DNA of 64,000 bases from positions 1,831 through 65,830 of the forward strand of contig CAZKCH010000001.1 of the NCBI GenBank assembly GCA_964551525.1, given 5' to 3'. This DNA is from an uncultured Candidatus Saccharibacteria bacterium. GTDB lineage: Bacteria; Patescibacteriota; Minisyncoccia; Minisyncoccales; GWA2-46-15. Position numbers and translations under genes: made by a program. Shown piece by piece: positions 29,858 through 38,508 of this stretch. Numbering within the stretch: the first letter of the stretch is position 1; every line of letters begins with the position of its first letter. The notes below the pieces were generated by a model that was given only the letters and a program-made list of their open reading frames with translations, had not been told where the DNA came from and did not search any database.

Positions 29858-30412
29858 TCGTCAGCAGGTCCCGTGAGGGTCTCCCTTAAATGGGGAAACC
29901 TGCGCAACCCTTACTCTGTGTTTTAAATGTCACAGGGAACTGCCCGGGATAACTGGGAGGAAGATGAGGATGACGCCAAATCAGCATGGTCCTTGATGCC
30001 CTGGGCCGCACACGTGATACAATGGAGCCGACAATGGGTTTGCCAAGCCGTAAGGCGGAGCTAACCCCATCAAACGACTCCTTAGTTCGGATTGAGGGCT
30101 GAAACTCGCCCTCATGAAGCCGGAATCGCTAGTAATCGGGAATCAGCTATGTCCCGATGAATATGTTCCTGAGTCTTGTACTCACCGCCCGTCACGTGAG
30201 ACGAGCCGGGAGTGGCCGAAGGCGCCTGTAAGGGCGACTAAGCCAAACTCGGTGAGAAGCACGAAGTCGTAACAAGGCACGCGTAGCGGAAGCTGTGCGT
30301 GGATCATTACTTTTTTTCTAGACTTTTTGTCTAGGAGCGTCGATCATAGTTGAAAATTGAGAATTCTATTTTCAACTGCGGACAATTGACTGGAATGTCT
30401 TTAAACTACAGT

Positions 30413-30431
30413 CCGGAGCAACTCTGAGAAG
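30413..30431 (+). promoter_or_regulatory. 16S trailer half of rRNA processing stem
   Basis: Complementary to 27046-27067. Additional local hairpins (ctagac-ttttt-gtctag; gttgaaaat...attttcaac) at 30320-30395. Confidence 0.55.
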
Positions 30432-30481
30432 TTTCCCCTCCAATACTAAAACCCGGAGCAAAGCGCAGCGGGTGATTTTGG

Positions 30482-31837
30482 TTAATGAAAAAGCTTAATT
30501 ATGGCTTGGTAAATATTGCTAATCTCCGCGGGCATGACCAAACCGTAACTGATGGGCACGATTAAAATAAAAACAATCAGGGTTATCATTAAAAAGCCGT
30601 AAAAAATCCAAGGTCGCTTTTCCCATAGCTTTTCTCCGGCCAAAGCCAAAAGCAAAATAGCAAAACCCAAGGCGGGCAAATAGTGGTATAGAAAAGCAAT
30701 GCGGCTGACAAAAATAAAAGGCAAAAGATTGGCAAAATAGCCCAGCAATAGGATGCCTTTGTGTTTAAGCTTTCGGAAAATGCTCAATAAAACCGCCAAT
30801 CCTGACAGCCACCAGATTAAAGGATTACCCCAGAGATAAATATTGGCTGTTTCGCTCGGGCCCGTCGAACGGGCCCAATACCAAACCGGCTTTTTGTCTA
30901 TTGGCCATTCGGTCCAGGCACTGGCGTCAGGATGGGTCTTTGCTAAACCGGAATTATAAGACCACATCATTTTATTCAGCTCGACGAACTTCTGTAAAAA
31001 GGGCATGGTGGTTATTTTTTCTTTGGAAAAAACATTGCCTTTCAGTGTTGTCTGGAAACTACGACTCATAAAGGCATCGCCGGGCCCGGATTGGTCAAGA
31101 AGCTTAAAATGAGCCGCAAAAGGAAGGGCATAAATAATCGCGACCAGAAATAAAGAAATGACAACTTCAACGGAAAACTTTAGGAATCGTTTAAAATTAA
31201 TGTTTTTGAGAAAATTAATAAAGGACAAGAAGAGATTGATGCCGAGAAAGGCCAGGCCGGTCCATTTAATAGAGAAAGCCAGCCCCGCCAAGGCCATGGC
31301 AAGAAAGTAAAGCAAATGCTTTTTTAGCCGGTTTTCCTGCTTTTGAGAAATCAGAAAAACAAGTATCGATAAAAAACCAAAAAGAAACAGAAAGCTGTCA
31401 ACTAAAATAAATTTTGATTCGATTAAAAAAGCATTGTCGAAAATGACCAGAAACCCGGCCAGAAAAGCCGCTTTCTTCGATCCGCCCAAGACCCGGATAA
31501 TGCCGTAAAAAATCAAAGGCAATAAGGCGCCGAAAAGAGCGGACAGAAAGCGCAAAACAAAAAGCGTTTTGGCGTCCATGGCTTCCCCAATTTGAGCAAA
31601 CCCGCCAAAATTTACTGGCGTAAAATTTAGGCGGGCAAGCCCGCTAATCATCAATTTCCCCAAGGGCGGATGAATATCAAAATAATATTGATGGGTGGAA
31701 TAGGCGGAAACGAACTTGCCGAAATGAACCTCGTCAAAGACCACCTCGGCCGGATAGGCCAAAAAAATAAACCTCGTTGCTAAAGCAAGGATTAGTAAAA
31801 TGATTAGGGGCAGTTTTTCTTTCATCGCTAAGGACAA
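30482..31837 (-). CDS. GT39/PMT-family glycosyltransferase (dolichyl-phosphate-mannose protein mannosyltransferase-like, GT-C fold)
   Basis: VVFDEVHFGKF (DE motif) and HPPLGKLM motif in the first extracytoplasmic loop. About 11 TM helices. Confidence 0.7.
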   Translation of the reverse strand: MSLAMKEKLPLIILLILALATRFIFLAYPAEVVFDEVHFGKFVSAYSTHQYYFDIHPPLGKLMISGLARLNFTPVNFGGFAQIGEAMDAKTLFVLRFLSALFGALLPLIFYGIIRVLGGSKKAAFLAGFLVIFDNAFLIESKFILVDSFLFLFGFLSILVFLISQKQENRLKKHLLYFLAMALAGLAFSIKWTGLAFLGINLFLSFINFLKNINFKRFLKFSVEVVISLFLVAIIYALPFAAHFKLLDQSGPGDAFMSRSFQTTLKGNVFSKEKITTMPFLQKFVELNKMMWSYNSGLAKTHPDASAWTEWPIDKKPVWYWARSTGPSETANIYLWGNPLIWWLSGLAVLLSIFRKLKHKGILLLGYFANLLPFIFVSRIAFLYHYLPALGFAILLLALAGEKLWEKRPWIFYGFLMITLIVFILIVPISYGLVMPAEISNIYQAIIKLFH

Positions 31838-33798
31838 ATTACTTTTAATATTTTCCGCGGCCCGGCCGGCGTTTCTTGGCTAAAAACAATCTCAACATGG
31901 TCTGAAACTGAAAGATTATCGCTGCCGGGAAAACTCTTTCTTGAATCATCGTCTAAGATAATATAATCAATTTTTTCAACGCAAGCCAAGCCCAAGTCGT
32001 TGTTAAATATCTTTTTCGCATTAGATTGGTGCTGGCTAATGTCCAAACCCTCGGTGATAAGCCAGCTTTCATAACCGAGATAAATTGGCCGGCCAGCCAG
32101 AAACAACGGCATCGGGTCCACTAAGGCCGGCGTCAAAAACAAAGAATCGGGTAAAGTATTTTCTTTTATCCATTGGCCGGCTCGAACTTTTTCTTGATCA
32201 GAGTCAGAATAGCCGAAATAATGGCGATAGAGCAATCTTGCGGAAAAATCAATGGCGCCCGCCAAAGTGCCGAAAAACACAATGGCGATAATGACCAATA
32301 AACCGATAACTTTTTTCTTTGAAAGAAAAACCAAAATCGGGCCGATGCCAAAAATAATTGCCAGAATCCACCAGTAAAAAAGGATTTTGCCGTTATCAAA
32401 GGGCCAGACCTGAAAGAGAAATAAGTTGGGAAGAATAAACAAAACCATTGAGGCAATAAGAAACTCCGATTTAAAACCGAGGTCAAGCTTTTTCCGAAAA
32501 CGAGAAAGAATAAAAAGAAAAAGAGCCGCCAGCCAAAACCAGAAAACAACACCGAAATTCTTTGACCAAAATACGAAAACATTGCTATCAGTGCCGGCTA
32601 ACGTCAGCCAGCCGAGCCACGGCCTAATATTATCGCCCAAACCGTTGGCCGAATTGAAATACAATAACTGGGGAAGAGCCAAAATAGCGGCCAGCCCGGC
32701 AAAAATCAGCCAGGACTTTTTGTTTTTCAAGTTAAACCAAAACAAAGCCGCCATCAGTAAAAACAAAGCTAAAAAGCTATGAATATGAATAAAGGGTAAA
32801 AGTCCGGCAAAAATGCCAAATCGCCAGAAATCCTTGTCCCTACCGTAATGGTAAATACCCAAAAGAATAAGGCAGAAAACAGCCAAACCAAGAGAAAAAG
32901 TCCGCTGGTGCGATAAAAAAGAAATAATCGGCACAATCCAAACAATATTATCGGCGGCTTCTTTCTCAATTGGTTTGCCGCCGGTCCGATTGTCCAAATG
33001 AGTGTATTCGTGCGGCGGATTAGTGAAAAAAGTGCCAAGCGCGGAAAAACCATTTTGCTGCACGAAACCGGAAACATCTTTGAAAAAAGTAATGAATCCC
33101 AAACCGGCGCCGAAAAGAATCAAAACCAAAACCAGAATAGCAACGCCCCTTGAACCGAGAAATCTTCCGGTAAGAGAAAACAATAAAACAATCGCGGACA
33201 GGCCGGAAATCAAAAGAGGCAAGGCGTAAGCGAAAACGCGGCTGGCGCCGAGAAAACGATAGATGGCGGAAATAAAATTAAGCAGAAACGGATAGGTAAG
33301 CGGTGCGCCGGCCATTAAGGGGTGCTGTAAGATAAAATGCTTAGCCGTGGCGAATCTTTCAATAATACTCAAATGCAGGGCGGTGTCGCCCCAGCTGAGA
33401 AAAGAAGTTCGCAACGTGTTATCGGGCGCCTCGAAAAGCACAGTTTTAATCAAAAGAAAATAAAGAACCAAGATTGCCAATAAGGGCAAAAGCCAAAAAA
33501 TTTGCCGCCAGTCCTGTTTTTGCAATTCCGTGGCTATTTCAATAAAAAAACATCGCAATGATTTAATCCGCAAGGCAAGAACGACCAAGGCCAAGGCGCT
33601 GAAAAGGATAATGGCCAAAAACAACGAGCCGGTGGCCAAGGCGGCCAAAAGGATCAAAAAACCGCTGACAATTAAACCCGTAATCAGGCTGGCAAAAAAT
33701 CTTTCGAAACAAGACAATTTTTCCTGCCGGTCAAAAAAACCGAAAACCGCCAGGCCGAAAAGAAATTGGAAAATAAGAAAAATTAAAGGGATGATCAT
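31828..33798 (-). CDS. large polytopic membrane protein, putative GT-C-like glycosyltransferase
   Basis: More than 14 TM helices plus a C-terminal soluble domain. Overlaps the downstream PMT-like gene by 10 nt (operon). No firm family assignment. Confidence 0.3.
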   Translation of the reverse strand: MIIPLIFLIFQFLFGLAVFGFFDRQEKLSCFERFFASLITGLIVSGFLILLAALATGSLFLAIILFSALALVVLALRIKSLRCFFIEIATELQKQDWRQIFWLLPLLAILVLYFLLIKTVLFEAPDNTLRTSFLSWGDTALHLSIIERFATAKHFILQHPLMAGAPLTYPFLLNFISAIYRFLGASRVFAYALPLLISGLSAIVLLFSLTGRFLGSRGVAILVLVLILFGAGLGFITFFKDVSGFVQQNGFSALGTFFTNPPHEYTHLDNRTGGKPIEKEAADNIVWIVPIISFLSHQRTFSLGLAVFCLILLGIYHYGRDKDFWRFGIFAGLLPFIHIHSFLALFLLMAALFWFNLKNKKSWLIFAGLAAILALPQLLYFNSANGLGDNIRPWLGWLTLAGTDSNVFVFWSKNFGVVFWFWLAALFLFILSRFRKKLDLGFKSEFLIASMVLFILPNLFLFQVWPFDNGKILFYWWILAIIFGIGPILVFLSKKKVIGLLVIIAIVFFGTLAGAIDFSARLLYRHYFGYSDSDQEKVRAGQWIKENTLPDSLFLTPALVDPMPLFLAGRPIYLGYESWLITEGLDISQHQSNAKKIFNNDLGLACVEKIDYIILDDDSRKSFPGSDNLSVSDHVEIVFSQETPAGPRKILKVICP

Positions 33799-33904
33799 CT
33801 TGCTCTATTTTAGCATGGGGAAATCGCAATTTAAACCAATGGAATTCTTGCTGTCGCCTAAATTTTTTGCTATCCTAAAACCAGTTAAAAATTAACTTAA
33901 ATAT

Positions 33905-34468
33905 ATGCCTATTTCTGCCAAATTAGCCAAGTTTTTGAGCCAAAACGAAATTAAATTTGAGGAAATTGAACATCGCACCGTTTATACTGGGCTGGACAAA
34001 GCCGCCACTTTAAGGGTAAAACCAAGCTTGATTGCCAAAACCATTGTTGTAAAATCAGGCAAGGAGTTGGCAATGGGAATACTGGCCGCTAATAGAAATG
34101 TGAATAAAAAGAAATTGGCCAAGGTCAGTAAATTAAAGAATCTTGATTTCATTTCCGAAAAGCTGATGAAATCCAAATTCGTTGGATTCAAAGTCGGCGC
34201 CCTGCCGCCTTTCGGCTTGCTTTTCAAAGTAACGTCGTTTATTGATAGGGGACTGGCTAAGGAAAAATTCGTTTACGCCAGTTCGGGCAACTACGAGATT
34301 TCTTTGAAAATATCGCCGAAAATCCTGGAAAAATTAGGGGCAGCGAAAGCAGATTTCTCTGTCGCAAAGAAAATAAACAAATTTAGCCTTCCGAAGAAGG
34401 TTGCAAAACCAAAACCAAAGAAGAATCCGCCTCGTCGGCAGGCGTCGTTTCCGCGCGCCCGCCGATGA
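33905..34468 (+). CDS. YbaK/ProX-family aminoacyl-tRNA deacylase domain protein with basic C-terminal tail
   Basis: GALPPFG motif and the YbaK fold length. Lys/Arg-rich tail. Confidence 0.6.
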   Translation: MPISAKLAKFLSQNEIKFEEIEHRTVYTGLDKAATLRVKPSLIAKTIVVKSGKELAMGILAANRNVNKKKLAKVSKLKNLDFISEKLMKSKFVGFKVGALPPFGLLFKVTSFIDRGLAKEKFVYASSGNYEISLKISPKILEKLGAAKADFSVAKKINKFSLPKKVAKPKPKKNPPRRQASFPRARR

Positions 34469-34478
34469 GGCGCAAAAC

Positions 34479-34550
34479 GGGCGTGTGGCTCAACGGTAGA
34501 GCGCGTTCCTGATAAGAACGAGGCCGAAGGTCCGACTCCTTCCACGCCCA
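34479..34550 (+). tRNA. tRNA-Ile (anticodon GAU)
   Basis: Acceptor gggcgtg/cacgccc, D-arm gctc-aacggta-gagc, anticodon loop ctgataa, T-arm gaagg-tccgact-ccttc. Confidence 0.85.
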
Positions 34551-34603
34551 TAACACGAGTATTTAGGATTTAGAAGTTAGAAGATAGAAAACGCCTGATT
34601 TCC

Positions 34604-34676
34604 GGGCCGTTGGCGCAGTTGGTAGCGCGCTTCATTTGCAATGAAGAGGTCGCCGGTCCGAATCCGGCACGGTCCA
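34604..34676 (+). tRNA. tRNA-Ala (anticodon UGC)
   Basis: Acceptor gggccgt/acggtcc with G3:U70, anticodon loop tttgcaa, T-arm gccgg-tccgaat-ccggc. Confidence 0.85.
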
Positions 34677-34830
34677 CAGTAGTAGTTTTTTAGAATTTAG
34701 AGTTTAGTATTTAGAGTTTCATTTCCCAGGGGTGCCGGATCACCGCAGAGCGGGATCCCGTCTTACGGGATCACCGCGAAGCGGGACTCCGCTACGCGGA
34801 GGTGGCCAATCGGGACAAAAAATACAAAAA

Positions 34831-35079
34831 ATGTATACTGTTTATATCTTAAGAAGTTTAAAATCTAAAAGGTTCTATATTGGACAAACAAATAATATCG
34901 CGGATAGATTAAGAAGACATAATCGAGGATTGGTCAAATCAACAAAATGGTTTATACCTTGGGAAATAGTCATAACAGAAAACTTTAATAATAGAAGCGA
35001 CGCATATAAACGCGAACAAGAGATCAAAAAATTTAAGTCCGGAATATTGTTTAAAAAAATAATTACCAGGGATGGCTGA
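34831..35079 (+). CDS. GIY-YIG nuclease domain protein (small, standalone)
   Basis: YTVYILRS...KRFYIGQTNNIADRLRRHN is the GIY-YIG core. Likely start is the ATG at 34831 (the track ORF starts at 34732 inside a direct-repeat region). The 3' end overlaps tRNA-Tyr by 14 nt. Confidence 0.55.
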   Translation: MYTVYILRSLKSKRFYIGQTNNIADRLRRHNRGLVKSTKWFIPWEIVITENFNNRSDAYKREQEIKKFKSGILFKKIITRDG

Positions 35080-35138
35080 GCGGTTAAGGCGCTGGTCTGT
35101 AAAACCAGTCTAGGTAGGTTCAACTCCTACTCCCTGGA
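35066..35138 (+). tRNA. tRNA-Tyr (anticodon GUA), type I (short variable arm), C1:G72
   Basis: Acceptor ccaggga/tccctgg, D-arm with GG, anticodon stem ctggt/accag with loop ctgtaaa, 5-nt variable loop, T-arm gtagg-ttcaact-cctac. Confidence 0.65.
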
Positions 35139-35167
35139 TCAACTACTACCAAACAAAAGATCGCCAA
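35136..35167 (+). repeat. direct repeat copy 1 (att-like) at tRNA-Tyr 3' end
   Basis: ggatcaactactaccaaacaaaagatcgccaa. A near-identical copy lies at 37752-37783. Confidence 0.55.
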
Positions 35168-35282
35168 GAAGGCGATTTTTTGATATGCAACATCATTAAA
35201 TTAGTTCGCTAGACTTAGTTGGTTATCTGTGCTAATTTTCTTATAGTAAACCTTCGATGTTTCACGGTTCAAGGAGGACCAT

Positions 35283-35912
35283 ATGAAACTCAAACTTTCC
35301 GACCTGATCGCTCTTTTGTACTTTGCGGCTATAACCGCATTCATCTTCCTGGCCAAGGACACTTTCATCTATCTGACCAAGACCTATCCTTACCCGATGG
35401 GTTTTATCAAGGTCGGGCTACTGGCCACCTTCGGCGAATGCCTGAAATACAGACTGACCAATCACAAATGGATCCCGTACAAGATCTGTCTTCGTTTCCT
35501 TGTCTGGGGGCTCTTTGGCATCTGGTTCGCCGCTGCCTTCCCGTATTCTGACGGAGGCGTTGTCGCCCTCGACAACGGCGGGCTATGGCCTGGCGCCTCG
35601 GCGCTATCCAAAAGCGCCTGGATCAACATCCTCGGCGGTTACGCCTTCTTCATGATGTTCATCCACTACTGGATGGATACGATGATTGCCGAAGGACCGT
35701 GCTGGCCATGGAAGATTTTCGGGACACCACAGTCGGTAAAGTGGGCGAAGATTGTCTTCATCGCCATGTTCGTCTGGTGGTTGCCGGCCCATACCTTCAC
35801 CTTTTCCCAACCGCCGGAATGGCGAGTCGTGATCGCCGCCTATCTTTCGGTCAGCCTCGGCCTGATCCTAGCCTTTGCATCAGGTTTCGAGGTGAGGAAA
35901 ACTATCACCTAA
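35283..35912 (+). CDS. polytopic membrane protein, foreign (high-GC) origin
   Basis: By eye about 52-55% GC versus about 40% around it, with GC-rich codon usage. Preceded by a canonical SD (aaggagg, 5-nt spacer), unlike other genes here. 5-6 TM helices. Confidence 0.5.
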   Translation: MKLKLSDLIALLYFAAITAFIFLAKDTFIYLTKTYPYPMGFIKVGLLATFGECLKYRLTNHKWIPYKICLRFLVWGLFGIWFAAAFPYSDGGVVALDNGGLWPGASALSKSAWINILGGYAFFMMFIHYWMDTMIAEGPCWPWKIFGTPQSVKWAKIVFIAMFVWWLPAHTFTFSQPPEWRVVIAAYLSVSLGLILAFASGFEVRKTIT

Positions 35913-36189
35913 ACAAGTAAGAGACGCATCGTAACGGTGCGTCTCTTTACTTACTTAAATTCTAAACAGGTTCTAACGTCGTCCCGTAGGCAGGACCAAA
36001 AAACTTTATTAGCGACTAAGTGATTGAGTGATTAGGACAATCGCCTCTATGCCGTTTCTCAGGCTGGGCAGTTTTTTTGACCAAAAATATGATATAATTA
36101 ATTTAATAAAAGAGTTGATGAACACGTTCGTGAAATTAAGGGCATTTTAACATAACACTTGACGATCACTACTTGACAACATATCATCT

Positions 36190-36567
36190 ATGATATATAC
36201 TGATAACATAGATTATAAAGTAAATTTTTACAGAAACTCTCAAACCAGTAAAAGTCCTGTTTTAGAGTATATAAACAATCTAAGTCATAAAGAAAGGGCA
36301 AAAATCTTAAAATACGTTGAATTCCTAAGGGAACACAAGGGGTATCTAGACGAACCATATTCAAAACACGTCAAGGGAAAAATTAGAGAATTAAGGATAG
36401 ATTTTGGCAAAAACAGATTCAGAATCTTCTACTTTACATTCATCAAGAAAACGATAGTTCTGCTTCACGCGTTCTTGAAGAGAACCGAAAAAACGCCAAT
36501 TAAAGAAATCAAGAAAGCTGAAGAAAATTATTACGACGTCTTAAATAATCCGAAATTATATGAATAG
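36190..36567 (+). CDS. type II toxin, HigB/RelE-like (phage Gp49-like addiction module killer)
   Basis: About 125 aa. Gp49/HigB-like blocks (KIRELRIDFGKNRFRIFYF...IVLLHAFLK). Overlaps the downstream HTH gene by 8 nt. Confidence 0.6.
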   Translation: MIYTDNIDYKVNFYRNSQTSKSPVLEYINNLSHKERAKILKYVEFLREHKGYLDEPYSKHVKGKIRELRIDFGKNRFRIFYFTFIKKTIVLLHAFLKRTEKTPIKEIKKAEENYYDVLNNPKLYE

Positions 36568-36874
36568 AACAAAGAAAATACAAAAAGCAGTTGATTTTCA
36601 AGAATACTTGAAAAGTCAATTGAAAAATCCCGAGGTCAAGAAACACTATGACGAATATGGTAAACGCCTGGAAATCGCTTACCAGATTTTAAGGTTGCGC
36701 AAACAGAAAAAAATGTCGCAAGTGGAATTGGCCAAGAGAATCGGCACCAAACAAAGCAACATCGCCCGCCTAGAAACGGGCCAGCAAAATTTTACTACCG
36801 AAACCCTGCAGAAAATAGCTTTGGTCTTTAACCGCGATCTCAGAATAGAATTCTGCTCGCCAAACAAGTTCTAA
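36560..36874 (+). CDS. HTH XRE-family antitoxin (HigA-like)
   Basis: MSQVELAKRIGTKQSNIARLETGQQNFT is a classic Cro/C1-type HTH. Confidence 0.7.
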   Translation: MNRTKKIQKAVDFQEYLKSQLKNPEVKKHYDEYGKRLEIAYQILRLRKQKKMSQVELAKRIGTKQSNIARLETGQQNFTTETLQKIALVFNRDLRIEFCSPNKF

Positions 36875-36909
36875 CCCATTCGTCGTTTCCTAACTCCTCA
36901 GGGCAAGCT

Positions 36910-36958
36910 GTCGTCCCGTAGGCAGGATACGAGTTTATTAGCAATTAGTTATTAGTTT
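36910..36958 (+). repeat. intergenic repeat unit (gtcgtcccgtaggcagga ... tttattagcaattagttattag)
   Basis: Same unit at 35978-36036. Related copies at 37737-37754 and 38600-38625. Confidence 0.5.
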
Positions 36959-36970
36959 TTAGCACTGACG

Positions 36971-37010
36971 AAACCGCCTTTTTATTAGGGCGGTTTTTTG
37001 GTATAATTTA
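36971..37010 (+). promoter_or_regulatory. hairpin/T-run terminator fused to extended -10 promoter (TGGTATAAT), leaderless start
   Basis: aaccgcc...ggcggtt stem, tttttt, tggtataat, then ATG 6 nt later. The same architecture (GGTTTTTTGGTAnAGT) recurs at 37821-37877, 38896-38937 and 39402-39437. Confidence 0.55.
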
Positions 37011-37013
37011 GAT

Positions 37014-37643
37014 ATGAGAACATATACTTTTATTGATGCCTCCAATTTATTTTACGGCGGGGAAAAGAATTTAGGATGGAAAATCGACTATCAAAAGCTT
37101 TTGTATTATTTAAAAGAAAAATATGGAGTTTCTCGGGTCTTATATTTTGGCGGTATAGAATTGCATGGTTTTAAGTTTGATTATCTCAAAGAGGAAACTG
37201 TGCCGGTTGAAAAAGCGGAAAACTATCTTTCCTCATTAGTCAAAGAGAAGGGTGATAAATTTACTGAAGCAATATTGTTATTAATTAACCGACATCTACA
37301 ACGAGCTCGTTTTTACTCAAAACTACAGAAATTCGGCTATGATCTCCATCTGAAGCCGGTTAAACTTTATGAACAGGAAGATGGCACGACTAAAAGAAAA
37401 GCGAACTGCGATGTCGATATGACATTCCATCTAATGAAGGAAAAAGATAATTTTGACAGAGCGCTTATTCTTTCCGGCGACGGAGACTTTTTACCAGTTT
37501 TGAAATTCCTAAAACAAAATGGTAAAGAGATAATCGTTCTGGCTCGTGGTTCGCGAACCGCCAAAGAAATCAGGCAATTTGCTGGTAGTAATTTTCGAGA
37601 TTTTGAATATCTAAAATATCTTCTAAAAATGGACTTGAAATAA
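37014..37643 (+). CDS. NYN-domain (LabA/PIN-like) predicted ribonuclease
   Basis: FIDASNL N-terminal Asp block and a LSGDGDFLPVL block typical of NYN/LabA-like proteins. Confidence 0.6.
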   Translation: MRTYTFIDASNLFYGGEKNLGWKIDYQKLLYYLKEKYGVSRVLYFGGIELHGFKFDYLKEETVPVEKAENYLSSLVKEKGDKFTEAILLLINRHLQRARFYSKLQKFGYDLHLKPVKLYEQEDGTTKRKANCDVDMTFHLMKEKDNFDRALILSGDGDFLPVLKFLKQNGKEIIVLARGSRTAKEIRQFAGSNFRDFEYLKYLLKMDLK

Positions 37644-37751
37644 AAACGAAGCGGACTCGTATAGAATCCGCTCCACGTTTAGTAGTTTCATTATACCTCG
37701 ACTGGCAACAGTGTCAACCTCCTAAAAAGGTCTAATGTCGTCTCGTAGAGA

Positions 37752-37783
37752 GGATCAACTACTACCAAACAAAGAATCGCCAA
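37752..37783 (+). repeat. direct repeat copy 2 (att-like)
   Basis: ggatcaactactaccaaacaaagaatcgccaa matches the tRNA-Tyr 3' flank (35136-35167) at 30 of 32 positions. Confidence 0.55.
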
Positions 37784-37820
37784 ACCCGCCCGCAACACTT
37801 CGTGTAGCGATGTGGGTAGG

Positions 37821-37877
37821 GGGGCGGCCTGCCCCGTAGTGAACTTGTTCTACTACAGGGTTTTTTGGTAGAGTACA
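37821..37877 (+). promoter_or_regulatory. hairpin/T-run + extended -10 (TGGTAGAGT) module
   Basis: ggggcggcctgcccc and gtagtgaac..gttctactac hairpins, tttttt, ggtagagt, then ATG 7 nt later. Confidence 0.5.
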
Positions 37878-37881
37878 ATAT

Positions 37882-38508
37882 ATGACTAGAAAAATTCATA
37901 AGAACTATTTTGATATAGTAATACTGCCAACAAAAGAAATTGGAGATTATTCTATTGCTCTAAGTAAACGGCTGCATAAATATGGATCAAATTCAATTTT
38001 AGGCAGAAAATCCTTTTTGCCCCATATTTCTCTTTATCACATTTCGATAAAAAAGAGGGATTTCGGGAATTTTATTGCTGAAATAGAGAAGATAACAAAT
38101 GATTTTAAGACGGGGCAGCTGGAAATCAAAGACCTGATATTATGGAAAGGCCATCGTTCGGTTCTTCTAATGACGAACAAACCGAAGTGGCTAAAAAATC
38201 TACACCTAAAAATAATAAAAGGGACATTAAAATATTTTAACTGGGATTACGGTATAGAGAAACTATGGAATCTTGATCACTGGTCTAAACTTATGCAGAA
38301 AAACATAAAACAATACGGAACGCCATTGGTAGGGAGATATTTTATGCCACACATCACATTAGGTGTATTAAATGATAAGAAGGGAGTAGTAAAGTTTTTT
38401 AACAAACTGAAGCTTAAAAAATATAAATTCAATCCTGTTTGTATCTACGTTTGCGAAATTGGCGAAGATCATACTTGTCAAAAAATAGTAAGAAAGATTC
38501 GTTTTTAA
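37882..38508 (+). CDS. 2H phosphoesterase superfamily protein (LigT/CPDase-like)
   Basis: Two H-x-S/T-x motifs (PHISLYH, PHITLGV) with appropriate spacing. Confidence 0.6.
   Translation: MTRKIHKNYFDIVILPTKEIGDYSIALSKRLHKYGSNSILGRKSFLPHISLYHISIKKRDFGNFIAEIEKITNDFKTGQLEIKDLILWKGHRSVLLMTNKPKWLKNLHLKIIKGTLKYFNWDYGIEKLWNLDHWSKLMQKNIKQYGTPLVGRYFMPHITLGVLNDKKGVVKFFNKLKLKKYKFNPVCIYVCEIGEDHTCQKIVRKIRF

Larger units (their letters stand above)
27085..30312 (+). rRNA. rrs: 16S rRNA gene interrupted by two introns (exons about 27085-27611, 28482-29032, 29858-30312)
   Basis: Universal blocks present: gatttgatcctggtccaggatgaacgctggcggcgtg, cctacgggaggcagcag, gccagcagccgcggtaa, aaactcaaaggaata, gtcgtcagc, ttgtactcaccgcccgtca, aagtcgtaacaagg. 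The 3' end reads ggatcattac rather than ggatcacctcctt. Confidence 0.9.

Noticed and set aside
30313-30480. A third 16S intron near the 3' end hiding a CCUCC anti-SD further downstream (tttcccctccaat at about 30437)
   Set aside because: The downstream CCTCC is not in a GATCACCTCCTT context. It lies beyond the trailer half of the processing stem, so the mature 3' end is upstream of it.
35066-35138. Alternative fold of tRNA-Tyr as a bacterial long-variable-arm (type II) tRNA
   Set aside because: After the anticodon stem only 5 nt precede a well-formed T-arm (gtagg-ttcaact-cctac). No extra arm can be formed.
35219-35920. Overlapping ORFs 35219-35551, 35585-35920 and 35604-35810
   Set aside because: Alternative frames of the high-GC membrane-protein gene. 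High GC suppresses stop codons. The 35283 frame has TM-helix periodicity and an SD.
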